Shown: piece after piece, positions 18,401-28,165 of the stretch
Layout: each line of letters begins with the position of its first letter
Numbering within the stretch: the stretch's first letter is position 1
Virus record (IMG/VR): IMGVR_UViG_3300037200_000048
Location: 1-50,041 of that record
Strand: one strand, 5' to 3'
DNA: 50,041 nt
Origin: a virus
Lineage: Duplodnaviria; Caudoviricetes
Position numbers and translations under genes: made by a program
The notes under the pieces: generated by a model
Seen by the model: only the letters and a program-made list of their open reading frames with translations
Databases searched by the model: none
Told to the model about the DNA's origin: nothing

Positions 18401-19561
18401 CAGTTTGTAACCCCACACCGAGACGACCGGCACCGTGCCAGTGAACGGGAGTTGCTGTATCCACGGCAACGATATGGAGCTTTGATTGAAGGCTGCACTC
18501 GTACCGGTAAGCACTCCAGACCCGGTAGCGGTCGTGGTGTCTATCATCCACGACGGGGGTGGGGGAATGCACGTATCGCTTACACTGCTGCTCAGGCAGG
18601 CGGAAAGCGACGTGCTAGAAAATGTAGGCTGGGTCGCAGTGCCACCGCCCACCGTGCCGTGAAACCAATAGGCTCCTTCTCCGCCATAAATGGCTTCCTC
18701 AACGTGTCCTTCGTCCGATGGAAATGCTACCCCTTGATGGCCGAAGTCGTAGATGCGAATAAACCCGCCATCGCCAGCCGCATTCTGGTTGATCGATCCT
18801 CCGATGCCCGTGAAGATTTCAGATGTAGCGATGTTGTCGTTGATGGACAGTCCATAGCCTGTCTTATAACCTCCCTGCGCCCATCCCGGCCCTTGCGCAG
18901 AGTATTCCTGCGTTCTCAGAATCTGGGGAGCAGTCGTAGCATATGTGTAGTTATTGAAATTGACTTCATCTAGGTTGCAAGCCAAACCGCCAAGTGTCGC
19001 CCCCGGAGTTATGCAACTGGCGTCGGCAGAGTAGCTAAGAGACTGAGACCCTTCAAGGACGTTCGGAGTGGTAGTCCCGATAGGGCCGGGCGACGGCATC
19101 GACAACCCGTTTATCGCTGTAGTCGTGCTGCTGGCGGGAACCGAAGTCGAGCCAATAGTGATAGGAAATCCGCTACTTCCCCCCGTCGAGCCTACCTGAA
19201 CGTAATTGGCCCCGTCCGGGCAGTTCACCATAACCGTCGCTCCCGCTGCGATGGCGACTGTCGTTCCCGTTGACCCCCCAACAGTGATTGTCCCGCTCTC
19301 TGAATTGGTGACGGTATACGTCTGACCGATGTTCTTCGGAGCGACAATCGTAGTCGCCGTCCCAGAAATCTTGATGGAATAGTGCCACCATTCGTTCGCC
19401 GCAAGCGTATACGTCGATCCCGTCGTCGTGACCGAGTATCCGCCTAGCAAAGCTAGCCCGCCCGTATTGCCCACTGTGCCAGGCAGAAGCGTGGTTGGTG
19501 GTGCGCCCTGTCCCCAGAAAGCCGATGCAACGAGAAGGGCGAGTACGATTAGCTTCTTCAT
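15452..19561 (-). CDS. Long tail-fibre/receptor-binding-like protein (1369 aa) with N-terminal signal peptide
   Basis: MKKLIVLALLVASAFWG-Q; G/T/S-rich; fibre-type motifs YPGAGIPLSTGSAWGTS, SPTFVTPTLGAA, LTTTGSSGAATYTGGVLNIPNY. Confidence 0.75.
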   Translation of the reverse strand: MKKLIVLALLVASAFWGQGAPPTTLLPGTVGNTGGLALLGGYSVTTTGSTYTLAANEWWHYSIKISGTATTIVAPKNIGQTYTVTNSESGTITVGGSTGTTVAIAAGATVMVNCPDGANYVQVGSTGGSSGFPITIGSTSVPASSTTTAINGLSMPSPGPIGTTTPNVLEGSQSLSYSADASCITPGATLGGLACNLDEVNFNNYTYATTAPQILRTQEYSAQGPGWAQGGYKTGYGLSINDNIATSEIFTGIGGSINQNAAGDGGFIRIYDFGHQGVAFPSDEGHVEEAIYGGEGAYWFHGTVGGGTATQPTFSSTSLSACLSSSVSDTCIPPPPSWMIDTTTATGSGVLTGTSAAFNQSSISLPWIQQLPFTGTVPVVSVWGYKLGVNLVQTTTPDAPVSQTFTLQGGVGSLTSGSTVCVIGSNYSEESVLSAVSGSAGTQTLTLPLYNANTNIAVFQGSCQGISLNGPSTHLGHRTNYLSPGSIGGYLIYSVPLRGTNGAISIPQPGSEAATTDGSSDAGFQTFCAAQILKELATNAYLPVLSPGCAGMGTVGHTLEAPGFPENDISGLLIGAQMQTPSGGSGNILQPLEIRASGAGFAGNSFSLEVENDNPCSYYTACSGTIPNMLPPLFAFGVNEQGLGDSFGYYQNLMVSNFTPLTCVICFTNTFPGQTSLEIFNVGGTQLELNGIGTTPSWDLYASNFSVPQGNITIGGGGFNGSLFFGNAGGAVNLNYLGAITWKNGGQTAGITQPSPGVFSLDTTTGGNGLGTLNLHNLNIGGTCTGAGCASYPGAGIPLSTGSAWGTSYGTSGTGSVALTNSPTFVTPTLGAASGTSLSLTGIGGVGGIVTGTEGTAAGGSSGFDQMYAATVTHSWHMNNSGTDSTVMGSNTAAANALPKFLGGALIGPSSFTEVGGMAGTTLPFSSPTLIAGTPSSGALAALPTGAHGWACDESSTAGVPAPGVDYSICDSATHRILDSYNNGAVAPRALVPTAGTSGNYAVFKANGIDLQNGGPPLSLTTTGSSGAATYTGGVLNIPNYAGGGGLPSGTTGQGIYYAAPGTTGTATSDIIHTGATAGSPLGFNVASPLAQFDFAGNENHYGNGNTTAITISGTCTGGASSCTVSGTTGLPPVGTLLFGGNAGGTESVVTYTGASGTTISGLTWGIYGTPTNTQSGGTPVTLIAFELSNGAGNSPALAVLWNGSELHFPDNNDWNKALQGGYTGSFFGQGIVASSLAMGNSPYNMGLGGNNNVIAIYSAVGSLSQVGNIDSSGVYGYNTTTQAVTAGQTTFTPLSPVVYTTGTLPMSALATITVPSTSAFTTTGLTGEITLIGVNGTTVTSGNIANVCSATGVMNFYYILATATWWCK

Positions 19562-20733
19562 CCTGTCACCACCACTGAATAAACTCCCGTCCCGTAGGTC
19601 GGCCCAACGTAAAGATTCATGCTGACCGTCACTCCATACTCATTGACAAAGCTAACCGGAATTGAGGCCAGAGTCGCGGGAAATCCATTTACATTGAACG
19701 TATGCCCCGCCCCAATGAGGAGCATGTAGAAATAGTTTCCGCTCAGCGTGAAATTGAACGTCGTCCCAACCGTCTCCGCACCCAACTGAAACGATGGCAG
19801 TGTGCCTGTGTCGCCCACCAGCACCGCACTTGTGCCGCTGGCGGTCGCTCCAGTAGCTCCACCGGATGTTCCCGTTCCACTGAAGATTCTAGGCGCGCAC
19901 GAGATAGACTGAGTGGCCGTCAAGGTAGTCCCCAAAGTTGCCGATAGAGTGAAAGTTACGAGAGTTCCCGGCGTCGATGCGCATGTATAACTATGGGCCA
20001 GACTCCAACTGGTAAACGGCGTGGTCAACGTGTCTACATTTGTCCCGTCTGAGACGTTGGCGCTGGCGGGAAGAGTCGAATAGCTTGCCGTCCCACTCAC
20101 CGGAGGCCCGACCGTCTGCCCCAACTCAACCGTGCCGCACTGTGTACAAACGAAGGAGTCGATAGCGAACGGAACGGTAAGGAAGATGTTGATGTTGCGG
20201 CCTACAGACGAAATTCCCAGTCCAGACCCTACCGTGATGGTGAGGATGCCCTGCTCTCCATTGACAGAGATTACCCCGCCGCTCGGCCCTCCGCATGTAA
20301 CGACTGGAGCCAATGCCGAGAGCGCAGTGCTTAGGTTGAGCGTCGTCCCCGTAACGGTAAAGATGCCGTTGAACGACCGCTGCGGGCAGACATTCGGAGG
20401 GCTTGCCTGTGACTGAATAGAGAAGTTGTACTGCGTCCCCGTGGGGTTGGGCGAGGCCGGGGCGGTAAAGGACGTGTTCGACAGCACCGGCACGGAAAAG
20501 TACCCGGCAGCGTTGCAATTTCCGGTTACAGGGTAATTGTTGAACGGTATCCCACCGATGAAAACAGGGGATGTCGAAATGTCCTGCCCGGTCGAGGAGA
20601 CGAGCGAGATGTTGTAGACACAATTGGAGATTTGAGTGCCGTTGGCGTCCGTAAGCGATGCGCTGACCTGGGTGTTCTGGGCCAGTACGGGCGATGCAAG
20701 AAGCACGAGCAGGATGGAGAGGAGTCGCTTCAT
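19558..20733 (-). CDS. Short fibre/spike-like beta protein with N-terminal signal peptide
   Basis: MKRLLSILLVLLASPVLA-Q; VISVNGEQG fibre-repeat motif; beta-rich. Confidence 0.7.
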   Translation of the reverse strand: MKRLLSILLVLLASPVLAQNTQVSASLTDANGTQISNCVYNISLVSSTGQDISTSPVFIGGIPFNNYPVTGNCNAAGYFSVPVLSNTSFTAPASPNPTGTQYNFSIQSQASPPNVCPQRSFNGIFTVTGTTLNLSTALSALAPVVTCGGPSGGVISVNGEQGILTITVGSGLGISSVGRNINIFLTVPFAIDSFVCTQCGTVELGQTVGPPVSGTASYSTLPASANVSDGTNVDTLTTPFTSWSLAHSYTCASTPGTLVTFTLSATLGTTLTATQSISCAPRIFSGTGTSGGATGATASGTSAVLVGDTGTLPSFQLGAETVGTTFNFTLSGNYFYMLLIGAGHTFNVNGFPATLASIPVSFVNEYGVTVSMNLYVGPTYGTGVYSVVVTG

Positions 20734-22874
20734 TGCGATGCCCCCTGTAGCTTTTCCGACACTTGCGGATATGTTCCGATAGACAGACCGATACCCAGCG
20801 CGGCTGCGGCGGCGGGAGGAATCTTGATCCCCTTCGCTTGGGCTTGCTTTGCGAGGTTGGTGAATCCAGTGCGCTGCTCTGGCGGGAGTCGCATGACTTG
20901 GCTTACATCTTCCGGGGTCAAGTTGGAGAGCGCGTTGACCACACTGCGATGCTCCAGCATCCTCGCGAACTGTTCCTTTCCGGCTGCATATCCAGCCCGA
21001 CCCGCTACATCTAGCGCCACTTCGCCCGGATTTCCTGAGAAGATTCCTCGCAGTCCATCAAGCACAGCGATAAAGGTAGCGATGTGGCCCGACGAACTTC
21101 GAACACGGTCTGCCTTGTCCAAGACGCGGTCTGCCTTGAACTGCTGTACGTCCTGAGGGCGCACAACACTAACATCTGGCGTGACTGGCTTGGCGGTCAG
21201 AGGAGTGGGTTCCTTTGGCAGCGGCTTGACTTGTGGAGCAACACTCGATACCTGCCCATCCTTCAGTGGCGAGGTGCGCTGCGGAACACGCGGAGATTCC
21301 AAAGCCTCGGCCTTCTTTCCCAACTGGCGATAGCGATTCAGGATGTCCGGGTTCGCCCCACGGTTTCGGTACTTCGCCGCCCGCTCCAAAAGCAAGTCTC
21401 CATACTTTCCTTTTAGAACGCTTTCGAGGTCGGCAGGAATCTGAGCGCGTACCACTTGGGCGAGCGGAGAACCCCCAGCCGTGCGGACGCTGCTGAGGTC
21501 GTCGAAGTCGTCCTTGTAATGCGACCAGTCATTTTTCAGAGAGGTGTATTCCCCCTCCAAACCGCGCTCCTTTGCCGCCCCTCTGAGTTGCTCGTCTAGA
21601 GCGTCATGTACCTCTCGGAGGGCCTTCCAGACGTTGCCGGGGAGATTTCCTGAGTACATTTTGTCCGCGATGTTGCTGAAGTGGATACGGGCCTCTGACC
21701 AGCCAAGATTCTGTGCCATCGGCTTCACCCCAGCGGCAGTGTCCTGCGCTGGACCAGTCTCAATCCTGCCCATCAGGTCGTTGAATGCCTTTAGGTCTTC
21801 AGGAGAGCCGACAAGATACTTTGTCCGAGCGTCATCAATCGCATCCACGATGGGCCCTGCTTTGACTGGTCGCATGTCGATGCCCTTGTCTGTGATGCTG
21901 GGACGCTCCATCTTCGCGCGAAGCGAATTCCAACGTGCATTGAGAGCAGTATTCGCAGATTCTTTAGCTTTCTTCAGATTGTCGAGTGCGAGACGGGCGT
22001 ACTCCCCTTGAGCGCGGGTGATTACTTCCTTCTTTGCCTCGACTTCCTGTGCGGCGCGTTCCGCCTGCCGAACACTATGCTCTTTTTCGGCCCATGTAGT
22101 ACGGTCGGCGGCGAGTTTTTCCCGTTGTTCCGCTTGTTTTGCCGAAAACTGCTCCGCCATCGCCCGGTTCTTCTCCTCAACTGCCGCTTTGCGGGTCTGG
22201 TATACCTCGTTTCTTCGAGCGTTGAGGTCGTCCACCCGCTCTTTATTGACACGTGTCTTATCCGCCGCCACCCTCACGGCATCCGCGTTTTCCTTGGCGG
22301 TCTTGGCGACAAACTCTCCTATATCTTCTCCCGTGGTTTTCGTGAGACGCCGTAGCGCATTCGTGGCGGCCCCTTTCGGGGATGTAACTCCATGAATCAA
22401 TCCAGCCCCAACTTCTCCCGCAATCGCCCCCGCAGCGATCCCCGATCCTTTCTCGGAAATATAGTCCGTAACATCGTCTTTAGTGATCGGCTTCTTTGGA
22501 TCGAAGGGAACACCGCCTTGGGCACGTTCCTGCATTCTCTGTGCCGACTGCCGTGGGGTCAGAGGCCCTTTGAACCAATCGGCAATCGCAGCAGGCATAG
22601 CTCCTAGATCGCTGACTGTGCCTGTAGCTAAATTGACGGCCCCGCGAGACAGGTAGGGGTGCTGTTTCGCGGCATCGTATTGCCCAAACTTGTCTTGGAA
22701 CTCCTGCGGAGAGTACTGAGGACTCTTCTTCGCAACCCACGCCGCAAACGAGTCGAGGGGATGAAAGCCTGAACTTTTAGGCAGAGGAGTCTTTACCACA
22801 GGAGGTGCGTCCTCAACGGAGTATCCGGAGGGAGCGTCTTCGATAGTGTATCCGCTTGCTATGGCGCTACCCAC
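20730..22874 (-). CDS. Putative large ejection (internal virion) protein
   Basis: Helical, A/K-rich, 714 aa; third of three helical genes after the nozzle. Confidence 0.6.
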   Translation of the reverse strand: MGSAIASGYTIEDAPSGYSVEDAPPVVKTPLPKSSGFHPLDSFAAWVAKKSPQYSPQEFQDKFGQYDAAKQHPYLSRGAVNLATGTVSDLGAMPAAIADWFKGPLTPRQSAQRMQERAQGGVPFDPKKPITKDDVTDYISEKGSGIAAGAIAGEVGAGLIHGVTSPKGAATNALRRLTKTTGEDIGEFVAKTAKENADAVRVAADKTRVNKERVDDLNARRNEVYQTRKAAVEEKNRAMAEQFSAKQAEQREKLAADRTTWAEKEHSVRQAERAAQEVEAKKEVITRAQGEYARLALDNLKKAKESANTALNARWNSLRAKMERPSITDKGIDMRPVKAGPIVDAIDDARTKYLVGSPEDLKAFNDLMGRIETGPAQDTAAGVKPMAQNLGWSEARIHFSNIADKMYSGNLPGNVWKALREVHDALDEQLRGAAKERGLEGEYTSLKNDWSHYKDDFDDLSSVRTAGGSPLAQVVRAQIPADLESVLKGKYGDLLLERAAKYRNRGANPDILNRYRQLGKKAEALESPRVPQRTSPLKDGQVSSVAPQVKPLPKEPTPLTAKPVTPDVSVVRPQDVQQFKADRVLDKADRVRSSSGHIATFIAVLDGLRGIFSGNPGEVALDVAGRAGYAAGKEQFARMLEHRSVVNALSNLTPEDVSQVMRLPPEQRTGFTNLAKQAQAKGIKIPPAAAAALGIGLSIGTYPQVSEKLQGASQ

Positions 22875-24151
22875 TTTCCATTCTCGCTCTTAGCGACTAC
22901 CTGACCGTTTTTCTTGAGCAGTTTATTGTTCTCTTGTGGGGCCGGTGGGGCGTCGGCGGGTACGACAAACGCTCCTCCGCCGACCGTATGAACAACACCC
23001 TGCTCCTGGATATTCTTTGCGGCCTTCTCCATCTGCTCAATCGCCGCAATCGCCGCCTCCGGATTGGTTCGATTGTTGCCGATAACCGTTTTGATGTCCT
23101 TCAGTTTAGCGTCGCTAGTTCCACCGAACACCCCCGCAAGATGGCCAGCGACCGTGACAGCAGCCGAGCGGAGGCGGGCAGCGTCCGGGTCTTGCGATCC
23201 CCACCACGTCTCGAAGTCTGTGAGCGTACCGGCAGCGGGGCCGAACTCATCTGCACGCCGAGTGAGAATTTCTTTCATGTCCGCCATCTGCTCAAGCGAA
23301 CTTCCGGCAAGATTGCTCCTCTGGCGTTGCATTCCGGTCGGACGGACATTGGGAGCGTTGGCCGAACCCACGGGTTTCCCCCTATCGCTAACCATCGATC
23401 CCTCGATAGGCTCTCCGTTGTACGTGCCCAGATATCTTCCCTGCGAGTTGAGCGAGGACGCCTGAGCTTTCTCGTATTCCGCCTGAGCGCGAAGCACCGC
23501 CGCTTTAGTTGCCGGGTTGTTAGGGTCCTTGGACGCTTCAAATTTAGCCGTTTGCAAGGCAAGTGCTTTCGTGCGCAAGTCGGTCTGCTCTTTCATGGCG
23601 GTTGCCCGTCCAATCCCCGCCTGCTCCGTCTTGAACTCCTCGAAAGTACCAGTAAATTCCGGGTGGGCCTGCTTGTAGTCTTCGTAGTCTTGACGCGCCC
23701 TGGTATCGTTATTGCTTCCCCCAGAAGCCCCTCTTGCAAGTACAGATGCTTGGGCTGATGGGACGCCAATCGCCATTGCCCGCAGCATCTCTTTGTACCC
23801 CGGAGACAGGTTGGCAGCGTCTCCGCCGGAGTTTTTATACAGTTCGTCGTAGGACGGTCGAGCGGGCTTCTCCACAATGTCCTGATGCCCAGTGGGGGTC
23901 ATATAGATTTGGTGGACTTCTCCATTAGCCAGAGTGCGCGGATCGCCTACCTTGATCCACCCCTCGGCGGTGCGCTTCTGCTGGTCGATGCTGCCTTGCT
24001 GAATCTGCTGCTGAAGCGCCTGCGTCCTCCGGTCGGCAGAGAATTTCTGCTTTTGCTGGAGGTCGAGCAACGCTTTCTGGCGCGCCGCGTCCATCTCCGG
24101 GGCGACTGTCCCGGCAGCGGTAAGTCCGGCTCCGAAGTCGAAAGCCATCAC
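22859..24151 (-). CDS. Putative DNA ejection protein
   Basis: Helical, Q/A-rich; C-terminal NGKW motif; synteny. Confidence 0.6.
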   Translation of the reverse strand: MMAFDFGAGLTAAGTVAPEMDAARQKALLDLQQKQKFSADRRTQALQQQIQQGSIDQQKRTAEGWIKVGDPRTLANGEVHQIYMTPTGHQDIVEKPARPSYDELYKNSGGDAANLSPGYKEMLRAMAIGVPSAQASVLARGASGGSNNDTRARQDYEDYKQAHPEFTGTFEEFKTEQAGIGRATAMKEQTDLRTKALALQTAKFEASKDPNNPATKAAVLRAQAEYEKAQASSLNSQGRYLGTYNGEPIEGSMVSDRGKPVGSANAPNVRPTGMQRQRSNLAGSSLEQMADMKEILTRRADEFGPAAGTLTDFETWWGSQDPDAARLRSAAVTVAGHLAGVFGGTSDAKLKDIKTVIGNNRTNPEAAIAAIEQMEKAAKNIQEQGVVHTVGGGAFVVPADAPPAPQENNKLLKKNGQVVAKSENGKWVAP

Positions 24152-24696
24152 GCGAACGCTCCCTGATCGAAGCCAAAATTCGTAAGGTCAACCGGCCCAA
24201 GACCAGGAGGCGTCAACCCGCCAGCGTCGTTTGCCCCTTCGTCGCCCGCAGGTACGGGATTGTTCACTTGAGCGCCCGGTGTAGCGCCGCCCTTCTTGAG
24301 CAGGGCAAGAAGAGCTTGGATGCCAGTACCGGCACCGGCCCCGGACGTGGGACTCGCTCCGCCGCCAAGACCCAGCGACGCGAGAGCCTGCTGAAAGGCC
24401 GTCTGCTGCTGATTCTGAATGATTGGAGCGATGGTTTGATTTTGAATCTGCTGCTGTTGGGCCGGAGAAGTCCCCAGCCCGCGCTCTGCCGCGTATGCCT
24501 GGGAAGCGTTGTTTACCCCAGCCTCAGTCCCGGCGGTGAGCGGCTGGACAAACTGACGAACATAGGCTTCCATCTGGCTGGGATTCTCTGCCAGTTTACG
24601 GAGCATGTCCTGATACTGCTGATTTTTATAGGAGTTGTAGAGTCCAGACCCTATCTCGGCTACATCGGCCCCGCCAGCAACTATGTCCGGCATCAC
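24148..24696 (-). CDS. Putative small ejection/pilot protein
   Basis: G/A/Q-rich; AAERGLGTS motif; synteny with P22 gp7/T7 gp14 position. Confidence 0.6.
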   Translation of the reverse strand: MMPDIVAGGADVAEIGSGLYNSYKNQQYQDMLRKLAENPSQMEAYVRQFVQPLTAGTEAGVNNASQAYAAERGLGTSPAQQQQIQNQTIAPIIQNQQQTAFQQALASLGLGGGASPTSGAGAGTGIQALLALLKKGGATPGAQVNNPVPAGDEGANDAGGLTPPGLGPVDLTNFGFDQGAFA

Positions 24697-25118
24697 TCAC
24701 CATCCTTGTAGAGTTGCACCACGGCGAGTGCTCCTGTCCACGGCTGCACCAATGCCCCGGCCCGCTGCATGATGCGGTTGAGTTTAGCCTCCAGTGGGCG
24801 GTCGTCATGCAGGAACGCCGCATACGAGACGCAGCCCCGCTGCTTGGCAGTATCTAGGATAGCGGGCATCGAAGCAAGCAACCAGTTCGCCGCTGACTTC
24901 GCCGATGCGGTTGAAAGAATGCGCCAAATGAACAACATGCCGTGCGCCTGCGAAGTAACAATCAGGGCAATAGGCTCTCCACTCGACTCAACGACCCAGC
25001 ACCAATCCGGCATGAGGTAGGAGAATTTGTACTGGCGCAGTTCGTGGGGGAGGAGTTGCGGAGTAGAGGCTTCGAGTTGGGTCAACTGGCGAAGCGAGAG
25101 TGTGCTAGTGAGGGTCAC
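24693..25118 (-). CDS. GNAT-fold-like virion assembly protein (P22 gp14/T7 gp13 position)
   Basis: WVVESSGEPIALI...AKQRGC pattern; between nozzle and ejection genes. Confidence 0.55.
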   Translation of the reverse strand: MTLTSTLSLRQLTQLEASTPQLLPHELRQYKFSYLMPDWCWVVESSGEPIALIVTSQAHGMLFIWRILSTASAKSAANWLLASMPAILDTAKQRGCVSYAAFLHDDRPLEAKLNRIMQRAGALVQPWTGALAVVQLYKDGE

Positions 25119-28100
25119 CCAATCATTATCTCCCCACCCTTTTTCGGAACGACCTCGAAGTCCATTCCGTCGATAGTTACCGGCCCTACGCCAGAAACGG
25201 CGATGTTCACGATTTGCGCGGTGAACATGAGATCGATGTCGAGTTGAAACTGTCCTGAGAACGGCTGAGGCTGAAGGTACGTCTGGAAAGTGGCAACTGG
25301 GTTACCGTCTGCCCTCACGCCAACTGCGATGAGAGATGCGGCAGTCTGCGTCGAGTACCCCCGGATCGTGACTTTACGGTAGAAGATGCGCCGCGAACTG
25401 CCTTCCTCGTAGACGTAGGTGCATTGGAATCCCCATGCAATCGGCGTGGCCGTTGCGGGCAATCCGCCAACCAGCGATGCAGCGTCCCACGAAGCGTCTC
25501 CAGCAAAGAACCTCTCCAGCGCCCCCGTGCCGTCTCCACGGAAGCCTATTGTTAGAGGGTTGCCTTCCCCAGTCCGGGCCTGTAAAAGAACGGTAATCGA
25601 CCAGGGAAGATCGATGATCGTCCACGCTTTGAGCACAAGGTCGAACAGGAACAGCCGGGTCATGGTCCCGAATACCGTAGGCGTTCCCGGTGTCCCTCCC
25701 GGAGCTTCACCGCCAATCGGCAACGCCCCATTGAATGAACTCGCCTGGACGTAAGTGTTTTCTCCCCCCGGCGTCGTACCCCAGTAAGCGCGATACTGGA
25801 CACCCGCTTGCGCTTCCGGTGTAAATACTCCTACCCCCTGCAAGATGGACGTTGTGGTGACAATCATCTCCGGGGTGATGGCCACTTCGGTATACACTCC
25901 CGCCCCATTTGGAACGAGTTTCGTTACGAGGATATAGAAGGTCAGGTGAGACCCTGTATCTCCAGGTACGGCACCCGACGTGACTCCGGTGAGTGTCGTT
26001 GCGACTAAAGGGCAGGCACAGAGATATTGCGGAGGTCTGGAAGTCTGGGCGCTCTGGGCCAGATAGCAGAACGTGAAATCGATCCCAACGATGTCTGCGT
26101 TGAGTCCAGTCCCTCCGTAAAGATACGGCCTGATTTCTTCGCTGATGAGCTTGTCGTTGACTCCGTTGAACAGGCCGAAACCCTCGTGCGTCAGGCGGAC
26201 AATCCCGTACCCCGCAAGAAACTGGATAGAGAATTTGGCAATGCAGCCGAGGTCGGTCTGCGCTTGAATGATTTGGAAGTCTGCCGCCCCGAATATTCCG
26301 AGAACCTGATATGTCTGAAATTCCTTGAAGCACACCAGCGACTCGGTAGGAGTAACGCCTACCTGGGCGATGCTGAACGTCGTCATGCCCGTTCCCTGTG
26401 TCCCGTCGTCTTTACCGAGGAAGGCGATGTTGGCCGGGTTCCATGAATTAGGGTTGCCGGAGTCGGACATCTTGAGGCAGGTTGGGCCGTCGATCTGGTC
26501 TTGGGTGGTCTGAGGGGCAGTATTGTAGAGCCACAGCGATCCTCCATAGACGATCCCATGCGCTGCTCCACGTGGAGCAATGCTTCCAGGCAATGTCCCG
26601 GTGTTTTTCCATACTGCCTGCCCATCGTCCACCGCCACGCCAAGAGTTGCGGGGAAGGTAGGCTCCGACGCGGCGCTTAGGCCAGCCTGGGTACAGAGGA
26701 AAGTATATGTAGTGCCTGAGACTGTTACGGCAATGATGTCGTTCAGTGCCCAGTTGACCGACGCCTGCCATCCCGGATAGAGCGACGTAAAAGTGTTGGT
26801 AAGGGCCGTGCAGGTGGACGAGCCTAGCAGTGTAGGGTCGAACTGCTGCGGAGCGTATCCGTTGCCGAGGATGAGGATAGCAACCGTGATTGGGAGAGCC
26901 GGGATTCCGGTGGTGACTGCGGCGAACTGGAGGATTTGCGGGATAGGGTCGGCGTACCCTAGAGACCCGCCGTAGGGCGTGAAGGAGTAGCCTGTCGTCA
27001 CCGTGACAGAGCTGGCGGAGATAAGCGCGTCGGCAATCGTCACGGCAGAACTGGTGGCGGTGGTGGTGATAGTAATGGCGATCTTCAGGTCGCTTAGATT
27101 GGTTAGGCCGGTGATGATTTGCGAAAGGGGGAAGGCTGGGTAGTCGTAGCCGCCGGGGATGGATGTAGAGATGGAGTAGATAGTGTTCCACGTCGCGCCG
27201 CCATCGGTGGAGTATTGAAATTCGATCAAGAACGATCCAGTTCCATCGTTATCGACGATAGCTCCACTCGCCCCGGCGGTGAGTTCGAGAATGACGGTTT
27301 GCGATCCGCTGATGGCGAGGGAGGGGTATCCCCCGGCGGTGTTTTGAACAGTATCGTTGCCAACGACCTCAAAGATCGGAATGTCGGCACCGGTGTAGGT
27401 ATTGACGTTCTGGAATCCCTCTTGAAATTGAAAGTTAGGATCGCCCGGAGCTACCTGCGCAGGTTGAGGGAGAGCCGCCGGAAACGTGTTGGCGGTCGGG
27501 GTGAACCAGACCCGCTTCGAGGGAGGCTGGATATTTCCTATTTGCAACTGATACAGGAACGTATTGTTTCCCACTGGAAGCTCGACCAGCGGCGTCGCAG
27601 GAATGTGGCCGATGAAGTTGAACCCTCCACCGGTGGAAGTCCCAAGCAGGACTCCTTCGGTAGACCCTGGCCCGCCCGGTAGGTAGTATATGGAGTAAGA
27701 CGTTGCCGAAGCGTCCATAGTCCATGTAAACGCCGCTCCGTTGAACGCAATTCCGGGGCTAATTGAGATAGTGGCAAGCTGCGGGTCTGAGTGCTGACTG
27801 CCGTTGGTAGCGCAGAGAGCAAAGAGGTAAGTCCCCGCCGGGTTGGACGGCGATCCAGACACCGCCGCCGCTGTAACTCCCGTGAGGTTGGGGAGAAGAT
27901 ACCCCACCGTAGAGGACAGCGCAAGATAGTACGGATATTGCCCTGAGACGAAACTGGAGAACGTCCCAAGTGCCGCCGCCTGCGTGTTTGGGGAGACAAG
28001 TTGCCCAATGACCGCCGAGCCGTCAATCGTCTGTAGCGAGCCGCGCTGCGTGAAGTTCAGGTTGGAGATGCGCACAACCGTTCCGGGCGGCTGGGACAGA

Positions 28101-28165
28101 ATGCCAGTCGCCGCGTTGACGCCCTTGACAAACTTTTTCAGCGGTTCGATCTTTCCTTTGCCCAT
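25115..28165 (-). CDS. Tail nozzle/tail tubular protein B-like (1016 aa) with inserted domains
   Basis: F.KGVN...N-terminus, SDSGNPNSW, LVCFKE, DLGCIAKFSI, KLISEEIRPY, FDLVLKAWT beta-propeller motifs. Confidence 0.8.
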   Translation of the reverse strand: MGKGKIEPLKKFVKGVNAATGILSQPPGTVVRISNLNFTQRGSLQTIDGSAVIGQLVSPNTQAAALGTFSSFVSGQYPYYLALSSTVGYLLPNLTGVTAAAVSGSPSNPAGTYLFALCATNGSQHSDPQLATISISPGIAFNGAAFTWTMDASATSYSIYYLPGGPGSTEGVLLGTSTGGGFNFIGHIPATPLVELPVGNNTFLYQLQIGNIQPPSKRVWFTPTANTFPAALPQPAQVAPGDPNFQFQEGFQNVNTYTGADIPIFEVVGNDTVQNTAGGYPSLAISGSQTVILELTAGASGAIVDNDGTGSFLIEFQYSTDGGATWNTIYSISTSIPGGYDYPAFPLSQIITGLTNLSDLKIAITITTTATSSAVTIADALISASSVTVTTGYSFTPYGGSLGYADPIPQILQFAAVTTGIPALPITVAILILGNGYAPQQFDPTLLGSSTCTALTNTFTSLYPGWQASVNWALNDIIAVTVSGTTYTFLCTQAGLSAASEPTFPATLGVAVDDGQAVWKNTGTLPGSIAPRGAAHGIVYGGSLWLYNTAPQTTQDQIDGPTCLKMSDSGNPNSWNPANIAFLGKDDGTQGTGMTTFSIAQVGVTPTESLVCFKEFQTYQVLGIFGAADFQIIQAQTDLGCIAKFSIQFLAGYGIVRLTHEGFGLFNGVNDKLISEEIRPYLYGGTGLNADIVGIDFTFCYLAQSAQTSRPPQYLCACPLVATTLTGVTSGAVPGDTGSHLTFYILVTKLVPNGAGVYTEVAITPEMIVTTTSILQGVGVFTPEAQAGVQYRAYWGTTPGGENTYVQASSFNGALPIGGEAPGGTPGTPTVFGTMTRLFLFDLVLKAWTIIDLPWSITVLLQARTGEGNPLTIGFRGDGTGALERFFAGDASWDAASLVGGLPATATPIAWGFQCTYVYEEGSSRRIFYRKVTIRGYSTQTAASLIAVGVRADGNPVATFQTYLQPQPFSGQFQLDIDLMFTAQIVNIAVSGVGPVTIDGMDFEVVPKKGGEIMIG

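Noticed and set aside
13662-20733. Diversity-generating retroelement targeting the fibres
   Set aside because: No reverse transcriptase, and I noticed no TR/VR pair differing at adenines
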